Part shown: one piece after another, positions 25,201 to 40,200 of the stretch | How the letters are laid out: every line of letters starts with the position of its first letter | How positions within the stretch are numbered: the stretch's first letter is position 1 | Assembly: GCF_044704955.1 (NCBI RefSeq) | Contig: NC_091992.1 | Location: forward strand, 120,714,001 to 120,778,000 | Direction: 5' to 3' | Source of the DNA: Pristiophorus japonicus | Taxonomy: Eukaryota | DNA: 64,000 nucleotides | Position numbers and translations under genes: made by a program | Notes under the pieces: model-generated | The model's input: only the letters and a program-made list of their open reading frames with translations | Database searches by the model: none | What the model was told of the DNA's origin: nothing

Positions 25201-28200
25201 CAGAGTCACATTATTTCACTTTGAATCGGGCTGGTTCAAAGTAGCATTTGGTTGCAGCAGAGTTAGCCTTAAGTAGGCTTGACTGCAGCTTCACACTACA
25301 AACACACTGGTATTGGCAGTTACCCGATCATAACACTGTGTACTGTGCACGTTTACTCAAGCTGCAGTGAAAAGCCAATACACCACACACAGGACCATGA
25401 AATACCCAGTGAAGCTTCATCAAGAGGTTGTAGCTGTGACAGTTCAATGTGTCAACTGAAACTGAATTTACAGAAAGCAGTTAAATTAAATCACACACAT
25501 TACAAATAAATATGTAACCTTTTTACTTAAATGTCATAATTGAAAGACTACGTAGTGCAGTACTGACAATAAAAATAAAATACACAGTACCAATTAAACA
25601 GTGGCACACAGACACAATCAAAATCGTCCATTGTCTTGGTCACTGGGACAACAGCACAGCTAAGGGTTGTTTTTGTCAAGATGGCACACTTGTTCCACTG
25701 ATCAGTATTTGGTATTTGCAGAAAAAAAGTCTGCCACTTGTCCAGAATATCAATTTATTTAATTGTTGTCAGGCTCTGTTTGTAGCAGTGTACATTATAA
25801 AAGAGCAGTACAAATAGATTTTATTCATCACCACTGTTTGAGTAACACATCGTAATGGTGAATAACAGCTAACACTAATTTGACAGAGTACCGCCTTGCT
25901 ATTGTTTGATTAGGAAAAACAGGTCAATATACTAAATGCAAACAAACAGAATCTTCAATGAGGTACATAAACACATTTGTAAAAGCTAAGGATTTAGACA
26001 CTATCTTTTTATAGTACTAAAGTTATATTTTAAACTAAGTCTATACATCATAGTAATACTAAAAAGAAACAAAGTAATTACACTGACCTGATTCTTAACT
26101 TCATTTCCCCGGATTGATGATTTAGGCTTTCGTGAACTTGTCATACTAAGTGGCAACAGACCAAATCTGGAAACACAGATTCATAATACGGTTTAGTTAA
26201 CCACGAGTGACAAATTAGAACAAGTGAGCAAATTAGCTGCAGAATGTATTAAAATCCAGTAAGTTCGCTGAATTGCTGACCTGCTAATGTGTTGCGTCAA
26301 AGCAGAAATTGAAATTTGCTTCTGTGCGCCAGCTGCACACACTTCTTCATTTTTATCAGGGCCAGTTTGCCAGCTGGCAGGTAGGGAATAAAACTTTTCA
26401 CCAAAAACACACATTGGAAACTAAGTCGTTGCCAAAACCTCAGGTGGTCTACATGCACTTGAACATGAGCAACATTACTCAGCCAAACATGAACTGACCA
26501 CAATATGGACCTTTTACCTTTCTGAGTTGTGTTAATTTTGCTGCCTTTTATTGCAAGAAACACATTATTAAGCAAGTGCTACCCTGACGAAAGGTCAACG
26601 ACCTGAAATGTTAACTTTGTTTCTCTTTCCACAGATGCTGCCTGACCGCTGACAAGTATTTCCAGCACTTTCTGTTTTTATTTCAGATTTCCAGCTTCCG
26701 CAGTATTTTGATTTCGCTACCCTACTTTGGGAGAATTCGATTTTAGAACTTCAGTCTGTACGATAAACAAGCTATAGCAATGGTGCTGAAGTGGAATCAG
26801 TGGGTTGGCTGATGTATTTCAACCTTAATGGGTTTCAAGAAGAAACCAGATTCTAGTCAACAAATGAGATTTAGGGTTATTAGAAATGGACCAAGGAAAC
26901 ACAGTGGATAGGTAGGCTAGATGAGAGGGTTACTATGTTACGAATAGTTAAAAATATGAGGGGCGGAGGGGTGGGTGTCTGATCAAGCAAACTTAAATTC
27001 AGTACAACAACAACTTGCATTTATGTGATGCATTTACTTAACAAGACATCCCAAGGAATTTCACTGGAGCATTACCCAACACATTTTTGATGAGCAACTC
27101 TTTAGAATAGAGGTCTTCCAGTTTCCACAATTGTTAAATCCTTATTGTCTATAGCAAAATTATATTGGCATCTAGAGCTATGCAAGTATCATCTGTTTTG
27201 GATCTAATATTATCAAGTTTGGACTGTATTGCAATTCTTATCAGACCACATAAACATGTGCACAAGTTTACTGCAGTAGAACCCTTTCAAGCTTGCTACA
27301 GAAATGCAATGAGGATTCATTTACCGGATCTGACTAGAAGCCAGTGGCAAGATGTTATGAGGTTCTTGCGAGTTAAACGTTGCACTTCTGCTGATGTATT
27401 GTTTCTCTGTGCCTGTTAATAACCCGAACAGTACCTAAGGGACAGAAATATGTATTTTACAAAGTGCGATTTTCTTCATCAATACAGGTACAACATTCTT
27501 CTGTCAGACTCTAGATTTGTTCATCAGAACCATACCTTGCTTTGGCAGGTTTTACATTTCAAAGATTGATGTGGTTACAACAGCCTGAGCTTTCAGTGGT
27601 GGGAAAACAAGTCTTTAATCCCACTTTCAGCCAATGAAAAGCACATTTTTGGCAATTAGGAAATTAAAGAAGAACACTCTAAATTGAAGGGACTGAAGGA
27701 TAGGGAACCAATTTAGGGCAGCAAGAATAGGGGCGATGCAAGAGCAGGACTTGGTATAGCTGTGTTTTAGATGTCTTATTTTTTTATATATGGTTAGCAG
27801 TACAGTAATGAGGCTAATTCGGATATCTGGAGTTGCTTTGTTATAGTATCATTAAGGATTTGCTTCAGTGCCACAGTACATCAAAACTGGTTAGCACAAG
27901 GTCATAGCCGTCAATGTGCTCATTTGACATGAGTACCTACCGGTACACAAAGGCTTACAAACAGAATGCTCTATGCGTCTTCCTCAGAGAATATACTCCT
28001 TTAAATAATGGTAGGTTATCAATAATAATGATGTTTGCAATATTTAACGGGCAATGCTAAATATACTGCACAGCCTGTAAAGAGGTAAATGAGTAATTAT
28101 ACATCATTTTTTCCACTTATAATGGAAGGTATATACATTTTCTAGTAAAAAATATATTTTATTTCTACTTTATCTGTACTGCATCTCGGAAGGGAAGCAT

Positions 28201-31200
28201 GAAAGCATGCAAGCTTCGATATCTGTACAGACATTGCTGTCAATCTGCGGCCAGCCAAGTGCAAACTATGGTAATATTCCACCAACTTCCCATTCCACCC
28301 ATCAGCTAAACAATTCCATTTCACTTAGTATTGGCCCAATAACCCAGCCAAGGGTGCAACTTGAGAAAGCAGAGACAAGTTTGTTTTGAACATGGTTGCT
28401 GTACTTACTGAGGTCCTTTGAGAAAGTTTGTTCAGATTGTTGTTAAGGTGTGGAGTAAAAACATCCAAATCAAACGGATCAATATGGCTTTCCAACATAT
28501 CAGCCACATTCTGAACCCTGATTCAATAAACACAGAAGAACATCAACCTTGATAGATACTCTAAACATTTGTCTCTGCAATACCAGTATATTAAAATAAA
28601 AATTTAAGTCAAATAACTTCACTAATTAAAAGACGTTCAGTACCTCGGGTCCAGCTGGATCCTGCTGCTTTTCACCTCTTCATTTCTGGCTGTTAACACT
28701 GAACCAAGGTACCGAAGATCAAAAAGCAATTGCAGAGCTCTATTCTGGGTTAAAGGGAACGCAGAATCAACCTGAAACAGAACAAATTCGTGCCACATTT
28801 AGCAATTATGCTCCAAAGAAGTTAGTTCAGTAACCTCTCATTTGAAGTTGTTTGAGTCAGAAAGAAATCGTTTTTTTGAATGAAGGACTTCTGATCCTGA
28901 AGTACTATGGATCTTTCTTACAGCTCCATAATCACCCTGTTATTGAAAGTAGCAGAGTTCCAGTGATTCCCGATAAGGAGAGGAATTTATAACCAACGGC
29001 CATTAGGAACGATTATATCTTTCTAACAATGTAATAATGCCATAGGTAATTCAGCTGGTTGTCTGCCTGCCCCCTTAAATAAGGAATAATTTGAGGCAAT
29101 GCAGATGCAAAGCATTAAATAAAATAAACTTTAACAATAAAACAAACAAATAAAGCCATAAGTTCTCTCCAGGAACATAACTTGCCAATGTTGCTGGTGG
29201 CTCATGCAAAACATTGTGGACTTTAGCATCTCCCAAATACTGAGTTTAGGTGGATATTGGAGAGTGTGGGGAAGGTGTTGCCAATGTAAGCAGGATCTGT
29301 CAGTGGATTATCAGTGCAATCAGGAACTAGCAATTTCTAAATGGCATTCATATGATTGCAAATAAAATAGAGGGATTATTCGGGGTTGTACAGAAAGTTT
29401 TTCAAGTCTTTTGTATTTACGCAAGTCATTTTCTTGAATGCAGAAACAAGTGGATAATCAAAGCAACTATTTGAGACAAATGCCATGGGGGAAAGAGTAC
29501 CAAATTACTGCTGCCACCTAAAATACTGAAAGAAAAATGAGTTAAATGATTTGCTTCTTTAATCTGCTTTCACATTTCAATGTGAGAATTTCATTTGATA
29601 CCTTTCATACTTGGGTGAAAAATGTTAAAAAATGTTCTCAGGTTTGAAGAAGTGTAGATTATTTTTGCAAATTAACTGTTTGGACTGCACATCAAAATGA
29701 GTAATCTCCATCTTCTATGCGATCGCAGCTCTGGTTACTTACTTTAACAACAACAGGTCTGGAGCGGTGTATGTGTTCAGCTGCGCGGCGGTCGAGAGGT
29801 CGCGCGCAGGCCACTTCGCAGCTTTTAAATGGAAAAACCGCGTATGCGTGTACATCTGAATTGGCTGCGCATGCGCATTTAAATCAGCCGTGCACCCAAA
29901 AAAAATTAGCGGGAACATTGGTCTGCAGGATCAAAGGTCAAAGCTTTGTTGCTATATCTAATAACCACCACCAGATGTCTCTAGCACACTTTTGTACATT
30001 ATCCATGCAATAGAGACCTGCAGTGGATCAGACACCATGATAGGGGATAAAACAGGCCAGTAGGAACTTTTAAGATATTCATAGATTTTCTGCCAGAGAA
30101 TACATATAAATTGAGGATTAGAAGGCTGGTCTTAGTACTGGCATTTTAAGGCACTAAAAATATTATATTTTAAACATAATGGTTGAGAATTTCCTTGGAG
30201 TTGCTCCCGCTCCACCGATGTAACTTTGCTGGAAGTGTGACAGAAACCCCATTTACAAACATACACAGGGTTTCTGCCGTACTTCCAATGAAGTTATGGT
30301 GGAAAAACGGGAGCAGCTCAAGGAAAGTGCTGCTCATGAAACTCAAGTTATGCTGGTAGTAAAATGGCTAAAAATCTTCAGCCTTCATCACAATCTCTTG
30401 AGTTTAATGACAGAGCAAAGACGTTGATCTTCTGTGTGGATGCACCAACTGCATAGTAAATTAGTAACACGTACAAGACTTAATATATACCATGTACATA
30501 AACATTTGAAATTTAAATCAGACGGGCAATAAATAATGGATTGCACAGATTGCTTAATTTCTATATCTTATTCGAATAAATTAATTTTTGCTTTATGAAA
30601 GCAACATCAGTGACAGTGTTTTTTATTTAAAGGATTACAGATGCCATCATCAACTAACCAAATATAAAACACATTACAAGTTGAGGTAGAGGGGGGGATG
30701 TTGCAACCACCAGGCTTGTTATTGTGAACATGGTCTATCTTGGATGACTGTGGCTGCATGTGTAATTTCCTGGGTAAGACAAGTGACAGATGCAAAGGAA
30801 ATTCTAGTATTGCACTGAAATTATAGACACCGTGTAGCATTTTTACAGCCGTTATCCAATCAATAAATGTCGATTTGCTTATCCCCGAATACCAAACTGA
30901 AGGACACAATTCTTCATACGTGTCTACACCAAACTGGTCAACAGATCTGAATTTTAAAAAACAACGGATGGGCTAGAAAGGAGTTAAAGACAGCGACACA
31001 TATCGGAGTTCAATGAGACTCACAATTGTTAACCTTTTGAAGTGCATGCCATGACTTAGGAGTTTGTTTGAATACTTAGTGTAGTTATTTTGCAGTTACA
31101 GTTTTATCCGAGGAACACCAATAATGGTCTGATGAATTTTTTTTTACATACACACCTTATCCAGTTTCGTGGAGCACAATTTTTCATAACCAGTGAGCAC

Positions 31201-34200
31201 CTCATCCAAACAAGTCTTCAGCAACTCCTGAAGTGTGACCTTAGGAACAGCATGACCTCCAACCCGGTTTACCTCTTGGCACAAGTGAAAAAGCAGCGAC
31301 TGGACGTACCATGATGGCTTCGGAAAAATCAAACCCACAAAACAAATTAAGTGCGTGAATAATAATTGAACGTTCTTGAAAAATATATTTACTGAAAATA
31401 AACAACAGCCCAAGTGATTTAGTACTTAAAAAAGTTAAATGCAAACTGCTAAAGCAAATGTAAAGAAAGGTCACTGACAAGTCTGGAAATGCAAAGTAAA
31501 ATATAAAGGAAGGAAAATAGATTTTAAATATATTGGCCCAGAGTTTGCAGTGGGTATGACAGCACACTTGAGTACACCGTCATACCGCCTTTGAAATATA
31601 TCGCAAGTTCAGGATTTCCACATGTGCTTGAGTTAAATCCCAAACATGCAATCTGTCAAAGTACGCCTCGACAGATCATCCGCATCGCCTTGAAAATTAC
31701 AATTGCTGGCGCAGAGTTGGGCTATTTGCCCACCAACTACGCTCAAAAATTTTACGGTTACTGAAAGCAGACGCAGGAGCCTGTTTCACATCTTAAAGAA
31801 GTTTTGGTGTACGTGGAGCAAACTTATTTTGTCAGTCGATTTAAGGTTCAAATTGCCATGCCTTTCAAATTAAACTATATATAGTGTGACATGGTACAGT
31901 AGTGACACCCAATCTTCAAAACCAGGAAACATGTTAAACTTGATAAAGGTTTCATTTTTTCTATCTCAACGTTCAATATAATTTGGTGCTATTTATGTGT
32001 ATGAGAGAGACGTACTTGAGCAAATAGTTAAATAGCCTGGGTAAAAACATGTCCTAAAGTTTAAAAATACTCAGCGCAGTGCGTGCCCTCAGAATGTTTG
32101 ACTTTGCACAGAAATCAATTCTAGGTTTCAAGGATAATGTTTAGTTTTGTTGCAACAATGTGTAGTGAGGCAATGTTATCTTTCAGGTACTTTAGTTCTA
32201 CATCATTAAACAGAGAGCACATATTCAAATCGTACAAACAGTAGATAAAGATTTGTTTTTGTTATTTTTGCAAGTTTCATGTGAACACACTATTTAGCAT
32301 ACTCTATTTTACTTTGTTAAATACTGAAAATTAACTTGATTAATCATGAAAAAACATACTTTAAAAGCACAAAAGGCCAGAGAGATAATCAGATAGAAAG
32401 TATTCATTTTAATTACAGGTTGAACCTCCCTTATCCAGAACTCCCTTATCCAGAACCACCCCTCGTCCAGAACCATTCCCGGCCAGCGGGTGGCGCATGC
32501 GCAGAACTCCGACATGAACAAACTGAAGTCCTTCCTCGCTGCCGACTCCCGCAATCGCTGACCTGACCCCACAATCTACTGCCCCCACCCCCATCCTCCA
32601 TGATCTCCTGTCGCACTCTCAGTCCCAATATCCCCCTGCTCAGTACCTGTACCACTCAATTTAACGTGACCACCCCTCATCCAGAAAAATCCCTTACCCG
32701 GATAAGGGAGATTCAACCTGTACCTGAGAAGTTGAATAAGTTAAATAAAATGAACATCTATCAGATTTCAGTGACCAATTCTGTCCTTTCAACTCGAAAA
32801 TTAATTTAATGCATCTGCAACAAGGAAAATAGATTTATCTACTGGGAGTTTTTTTATGAAATAAAAAGTGCTGATATGAAATAAGTCCAAGTACCAGTTT
32901 AATTTACTGTTTTTAGAAGCTTTTAAAAATATAATTTCAATGGAAGAGACTGAAAGAAACTTCTTTGGCTGTGACTTAGTTTTGACAGATTTTGTGGGCG
33001 TGTCTTCCTTTACACATAGGCTGTACGCTGAGTTCCTGAGCTCACTGATGTCATATGCTACGTACAATTCTGCAGCGCCGAAGAGGAAGTCTCCATTCTG
33101 GGCCTCGCACAGAGTAAGTTTGTAATGTTTTCGCAGGTCAGCAGCGTACTCCGCAGCTAAGCCGCCGACTGTAATTTTTGGGCCGTTTAGTTTGCAATAT
33201 TACTGGGCATCCAAAAAAGCAATTATATGGATGAAAACATGCCATTGGTACCTCTTTAAAAAAAAATCAAACTCTTACAAAATATGACTCTCTATAACAG
33301 CCTTTACATCTCAGCTTTTTAAAAATTAATTTAAATGCTTCCATCATTAAAGGAGTTAGCTCAGAGAAGGACAAGGCAAGCTGAGTGAACTGCAATGAAG
33401 ACTGTAGTTAATCCGAGGTGTTTCAACAATCTTGTCATTCCAACTATGAATATTAATTCAGCTCTTTTAGTGTAGGGCCCAGCAACACCTTGGTCAATCT
33501 CCTTAAAAAAAAGTCCGCAGTGCTTATTAAATATTCCGAAAAATGCACACAAAATCAGTCAAATATATTACAATTCTTTGATACAATTCTTTTTTAAAAA
33601 GCAAGTACTGATAAGTGGACTGAACGGCACTGTTCTTGCACCTCTGGCAGCTGGAGGTGAATCCACCCTAGATTGCTGGGTTGTTTATATCAATGTCCTG
33701 GATTCATACACTCAAAGCAGTCAAATCTGCAGATGATACAAACTAGATGGAGCAGTGGAATTGAAGGAGGCAACTCAAAAATTACAAAACGAATTGAACA
33801 AAAGGTGCAAGTGGGCAAAATAATGGGAAATAATTCAATGCAGACAAGTGTAAAATACACATAGGAAAAACAAATAGATGATATGCATAGTCCATGAATG
33901 GTGTTGAAATAACTACAGATGAAGCTGAAGACACCTAGGAGCCAGCCTTAGTAGATTCGACATTAAATATGTCCTATCAATTTGGAGCAGCAATCAACAA
34001 AGTTGAACTACATTGCCAGAATAGTAGAATATAAGTCAGAGGAGCTAATGATAAACCATACAGAGCTCTAGTCAGACCGCACCTTGAATACTGCATCCAG
34101 TTCTGGTTCCCAAGAAACAAGAGCACAATCAAAGGGCTGGAGGTGGCGCAGAGAAGAGCCAGAAGGACGATGACCAGTATCTGGGGTCTGATTATGAGAC

Positions 34201-37200
34201 AAGCCGTGTGCTTTTCAGCTTGGGAAAGAAGCATCCAAGAGGTGATCTTAGAGGTAGAGACCTCCTCTGACTTATATTCTACTATTCTGGCTATAGAGAA
34301 AGTAAATGCAGAATATTACTTCAAATTAAATTGTGGGAGTTCAATTTGGGGACACGGGTTCAAACCGGCAAATAGTTTTTTTGGTACTGGTATCAGGAAA
34401 TTCTTTCTCAGACAAAGAATAATCAACATGTTGAATAAACGTCCAGATAGAGTAGTGGAGACAGAAATCTTGGAATAATTTAACAACTGGATGCTACACC
34501 ATGGAAGTCCATTCAGATCACTCCAGAAAAATGAATTAAGATGGGCCAAGTGGCTTTCTTCATTTGTAAATATCCTGCGATTATGTACTTCCTGCCACCT
34601 ATAAGCTTCTTTCAAGAAATTTGTGCAGTCTAAATCCTGTTCTTAGTGGCATAGCTCCACTGTATACAATTTGGCATAAATAAGCAAACCTTTGCAAAGA
34701 GGCCAGTGTGGGAAAAGGAAAAAACATTGGTGAAGTGAGGTTGCTCTCCTGAGGTTGAGGTTAGGCTGCAACATGGAGTTTTACTCTGCACCTGCCACAC
34801 TTGATGGGAAAGTGCATAATAAAGACCCCAGGTGCTGAAAGTTAAAAGTTATTCCATTCCCTGACACCGGTACCTTGATGAGCACCAAAATTCACCAAAA
34901 GTAAAGTATTTAAGGTATGGATTCTTGCCAATCAGGATGCCTGACATTATTCTTAAAACCAATTCCTAAACTTATTTCAGCCTTTCTGTTTCTCAGATAA
35001 ATGTCTTATTTAAACAAAGATAAGTATGGAAACAAAGCATTTGTTGAGAAAGAAAGTTTGCAGGCCCATACATAAGAATTAGGAACAGGAGTAGGCCGTC
35101 GAGCCCCTCGAGCCTGCTCCGCCATTCAACAAGATCATGGCTGATCTGGCCGTGGACTCAGCTCCACTTACCCGCCCGCTCCCCATAACCCTTAATTCCC
35201 TTATTGGTTAAAAATCTATCTATCTGTGATTTGAATACATTAAATGAGCTAGCCTCAACTGCTTCCTTGGGCAGAGAATTCCACAGATTCACAACCCTCT
35301 GAGAGAAGAAATTCCTTCTCAACTCGGTTTTAAATTGGCTCCCCCATATTTTGAGGCTGTGCCCCCTAGTTCTAGTCTCCCCGACCAGTGGAAACAACCT
35401 CTCTGCCTCTATCTTGTCTATCCCTTTCATTATTTTAAATGTTTCGATAAGATCACCCCTCATCCTTCTGAACTCCAACGAGTAAAGACCCAGTCTACAC
35501 AATCTATCATCATAAGGTAACCCCCTCATCTCCGGAATCAGCCTAGTGAATCATCTCTGTACCCCCTCCAAAGCTAGTATATCCTTCCTTAAGTAAGGTG
35601 ACCAAAACTGCACGCAGTACTCCAGGTGCGGCCTCACCAATACCCTATACAGTTGCAGCAGGACCTCCCTGCTTTTGTACTCCATCCCTCTCGCAATGAA
35701 GGCCAACATTCCATTCGCCTTCCTGATTACCTGCTGCACCTGCAAACTAACTTTTTGGGATTCATGCACAAGGACCCCCAGGTCCCTCTGCACCGCAGCA
35801 TGTTGTAATTTCTCCCCATTCAAATAATATTCCCTTTTACTGTTTCCCTCCCCCCCCCCCCCCCCACCAAGGTGGATGACCTGACATTTTCCGACATTGT
35901 ATTCCATCTGCCAAACCTTAGCCCATTCGCTTAACCTATCTAAATCCCTTTGCAGCCTGTGTCCTCCACACAACCCGCTTTCCCACTAATCTTTGTGCCA
36001 TCTGCATATTTTGTTACACTACACTCTGTCCCCTCTTCCAGGTCATCTATGTATATTGTAAACAGTTGTGGTCCCAGCACCGATCCCTGTGGCACACCAC
36101 TAACCACCGATTTCCAACCCGAAAAGGACCCATTTATCCCGACTCTCTGCTTTCTGTTAGCTAGCCAATTCTCTATCCATGCTAATACATTTCCTCTGAC
36201 TCCACGTACCTTTATCTTCTGCAGTAACCTTTTGTGTGGCACCTTATCGAATGCCTTTTGGAAATCAAAATACACCACATCCATCGGTACACCTCTATCC
36301 ACCATGCTCATTTTATCCTCAAAGAATTTCAGTAAATTAGTTAAACATGATTTCCCCTTCATGAATCCATGTTGCGTCTGCTTGATTGCACTATTCCTAT
36401 CTAGATGTCCCGCTATTTCTTCCTTAATGATAGCTTCAAGCATTTTCCCCACGACAGATGTTAAACTAACTGGCCTATAGTTACCTGCCTTTTGTCTGCC
36501 CACTTTTTTAAACAGAGACGTTACATTAGCTGCTTTCCAATCCGCTGGTACCTCCCCAGAGTCCAGAGAATTTTGGTAGATTATAACGAATGCATCTGCT
36601 ATAACTTCCGCCATCTCTTTTAATACCCTGGGATGCATTTCATCAGGAACAGGGGACTTGTCTACCTTGAGTCCCATTAACCTGTCCAGCACTACCCGCA
36701 TAATGATGATGATTATTTCAAGGTCCTCCCTTCCCACATTCCCGTGACCAGCAATTTTTGGCATGGTTTTTGTATCTTCCACTGTGAAGACCGAAGCAAA
36801 ATAATTGTTTAAGGTGTCAGCCATTTCCACATTTCCCATTATTAAATCCCCCTTCTCATCTTCTAAGGGACCAACATTTACTTTAGTCACGCTTTTCCGT
36901 TTTATATATCGGTAAAAGCTTTTACTATCTGTTTTTATGTTTTGCACAAGTTTACTTTCGTAATCTATCTTTCCTTTCTTTATTGTTTTCTTAGTCATTC
37001 TTTGCTGTTGTTTAAAATTTTCCCAATCTTCTAGTTTCCCACTAACCTTGGCCACCTTACATGCATTGGTTTTTAATTTGATACTCTCCTTTATTTCCTT
37101 GGTTATCCATGGCTGGTTATCCCTTCTCTTACCGCCCTTCTTTTTTATTGGAATATATTTTTGTTGAGCACTATGAAAGAGCTCCTTAAAAGTCCTTCAC

Positions 37201-40200
37201 TGTTCCTCAATTGTGCCACCGTTTAGACTGCGTTTCCAGTCTACTTTAGCTAACTCTGCCCTCATCCCACTGTAGTCCCCTTTGTTTAATCATAGTACGC
37301 TCATTTGAGACACTACTTCCTCACCCTCAATCTGTATTACAAATTCAACCATACAGTGATCACTCATTCAGAGAGGATCTTTTACTCGGAGATCATTTAT
37401 TATTCCTGTCTCATTACACAGGACCAGATCTATGATAGCTTGCTCCCTTGTAGGTTCTGTAACATACTGTTCTAAGAAACAATCCCGTATGCATTCTATG
37501 AATTCCTCCTCAAGGCTACCCGGTGCGATTTGGTTTGACCAATCGATATGTAGGTTAAAATTCTCCATGATTACTGCCGTTGCTTTTATCAAATGCCTCC
37601 ATTATTCCCTTGATTATTGCCCGCCCCACCGTGAAGTTATTATTTGGGGGCCCATAAACTACGCCCACCAGTGACTTTTTCCCCTTACTATCTCTAATCT
37701 CCACCCACAATGATTCAACATTTTGTTCATTAGAGCCAATATCGTCTCTCACAACTGCCCTGATATCATCCTTTATTAACAGAGCTACCCCACCTCCTTT
37801 CCCTTCTTGTCTATCTTTCCAAATTGTCGGATACCCCTGTATGTTTAATTACCAGTCTTGGCCACCCTGCTACCACATTTCTGGAATGGCCTCCAAATCA
37901 TACCCATTTGTAATGATTTGTGCCGTCAACTCATTTACTTTATTTCGAATGCTGCGTGCGTTTAGGTAGAGTGTTTTAATACTAGTTTTTAAACCATGAT
38001 TTTTCGTTTTGACCCCTCCTGCAGCCCCTTTATATTCATACATATTGTCTCTTCCTATCACCTTGTGGTTTACACTTACCCCAGTGCTACTCTGCTCTGT
38101 TGCCTCCTGCCTTTTGCATTCTTTCTTGGGGTCCTGTTCATCTGAGCTCTCACCCACTCTAACTAGCTCAGAGCCCTCTCCTGGGTTCCGAATACTCCTT
38201 GCACTGATCACCGAGCTTTCATGCTTGCCTTTTTATTACACTTTGACCCTTTAGAATTTTGCTGTACAGTGGCCCTTTTTGTTTTTTGCCTTGGGTTTCT
38301 CTGCCCTCCACTTTTACTCATCTCCTTTCTGTCTTTTGCTTTTGTCTCCATTTTGTTTCCCTCTGTCTCCCTGCATTGGTTCCCATCCCCCTGCCATATT
38401 AGTTTAACTCCTCCCCAACAGCACTAGCAAACACTCCCCCCTAGGACATTGGTTCCGGTCCTGCCCAGGTGCAGACCGTCCGGTTTGTACTGGTCCCACC
38501 TCCTCCAGAACTGGATCCAATGCCCCAGGAATTTGAATCCCTCCCTGCTGCACCACTGCTCAAGCCACGTATTCATCTGAGCTATCCTGCGATTCCTACT
38601 CTGACTAGCACGTGGTACTGGTAGCAATCCCGAGATTACTACTTTTGAGGTGCTATGTTTTAATTTAGCTCCTAGCTCCTTAAATTCGTCTCGTAGGACC
38701 TATCCCTTTTTTTATCTATATCGTTGGTACCAATGTGCACCACGACAACTGGCTGTTCACCCTCCCTTTTCAGAATGTCCTGCACCCGCTCCGAGACATC
38801 CTTGACCCTTGCACCAGGGAGGCAAAATACCATCCTGGAGTGTCGGTTGCGGCCGCAGAAATGCCTATCTATTCCCCTTACAATTGAATCCACTATCACT
38901 ATCGCTCTCCCACTCTTTTTCCTGCCCTCCTGTGCAGCAGAGCCAGCCACGGTGCCATGAACTTGGTTGCTGCTGCCCTCCCCTGATGAGTCATCCCCCT
39001 CAACAGTACTCAAAGCGGTGTATCTGTTTTGCAGGGGGATGACCGCAGGGGACCCCTGCACTACCTTCCTTGCACTGCTCTTCCTGCTGGTCTTCCATTC
39101 CCTAACTGGCTGTGGACCCTTCACCTGCGGTAAGACCAACTCGCTACACGTGCTACTCACGTCATTCTCAGCATCGTGGATGCTCCAGAGTAAATCCACC
39201 CTCAGCTCCAATTCCGCAACGTGGACCGTCAGAAGCTGGAGGCGGATACACTTCCCGCACACGTAGTCATCAGGGACACCAGAGGCGTCCCTGATTTCCC
39301 ACATTGTACAGAAGGAGCATAACACTTGTCCGAGCTCGCCTGCCATGACTTAACCCAGAGTGCAGAACATCACCAAGGTGCAAAAGAGACGAGAAGATAA
39401 ATCAGCAAGTAGTGATTAGACATTGACAAAGTTGGGGATCAAAAATCCATTGCAGAAGCATGGAAAAACTGAGGGAGATAAATAATTCAGCAGTTCTGAT
39501 ATCCTGGAAAAGAATGAAGCAAAGTAGGAGATTATGCAATATAATTTGATTTCAACACAATGAAAATACAGGGAAGAGGAAGAGGATGTATTTGGAACGG
39601 AGGGAAGAAAAGATTTGGGAGCACGAACCATAGCAATCTTTAAAAAAAATAAAGATAAGACAGGCTATAATATAATGGAGATCTTGTATCCTGCCGAGGT
39701 GTCCAAGAGATGTTTTGGAAAAGTCTTCCCATATATGGGAGCATTATTAAGTACTTGGATAGACTTGAGCATTATAGAGTTAAGATTTGTTGAGGGAACA
39801 AAAGATTGTATGTTCAACATGCCTATCTCCCCTTTTCCTACTCTATGACTTTACTCAATAAAAATCACGTCAGTAATGATCATGACTCACAGGAGGCAGA
39901 AAAAAGCCTGGATGGAATCGATGTCCATCAGTCAGGCATACTGCTCATGCAAGTTAAAAATGCATGCGATGAATGCTTAAAGAATTCACATGTTTGGACT
40001 GTCTTATTCACATCAGGGCCCCATTTTTCCAGGCATCAAATCAGTACAAACATACAAAGGAGCCTTCTAAAAATGGAGTTCCTATTCAATCAGTAATTAT
40101 CAGATTCAATGTTTCAGTAATAGTGTTGTAATTATCCGTACAATTTTACATTTCAATTCTGTATTGTATGTAGTCAGTACTTATGTCTTCGACACATCCA

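Noticed and set aside
32801-33185. 88-aa minus-strand ORF as an extra COG1 exon
   Set aside because: Exons 8 and 9 already join in frame, and the segment resembles the MITE-like sequence at ~31530-31790
35950-36480. Plus-strand ORFs antisense to CR1 ORF2 (and the equivalent antisense ORF at 46332..46619)
   Set aside because: Shadow ORFs on the strand opposite the RT coding sequence
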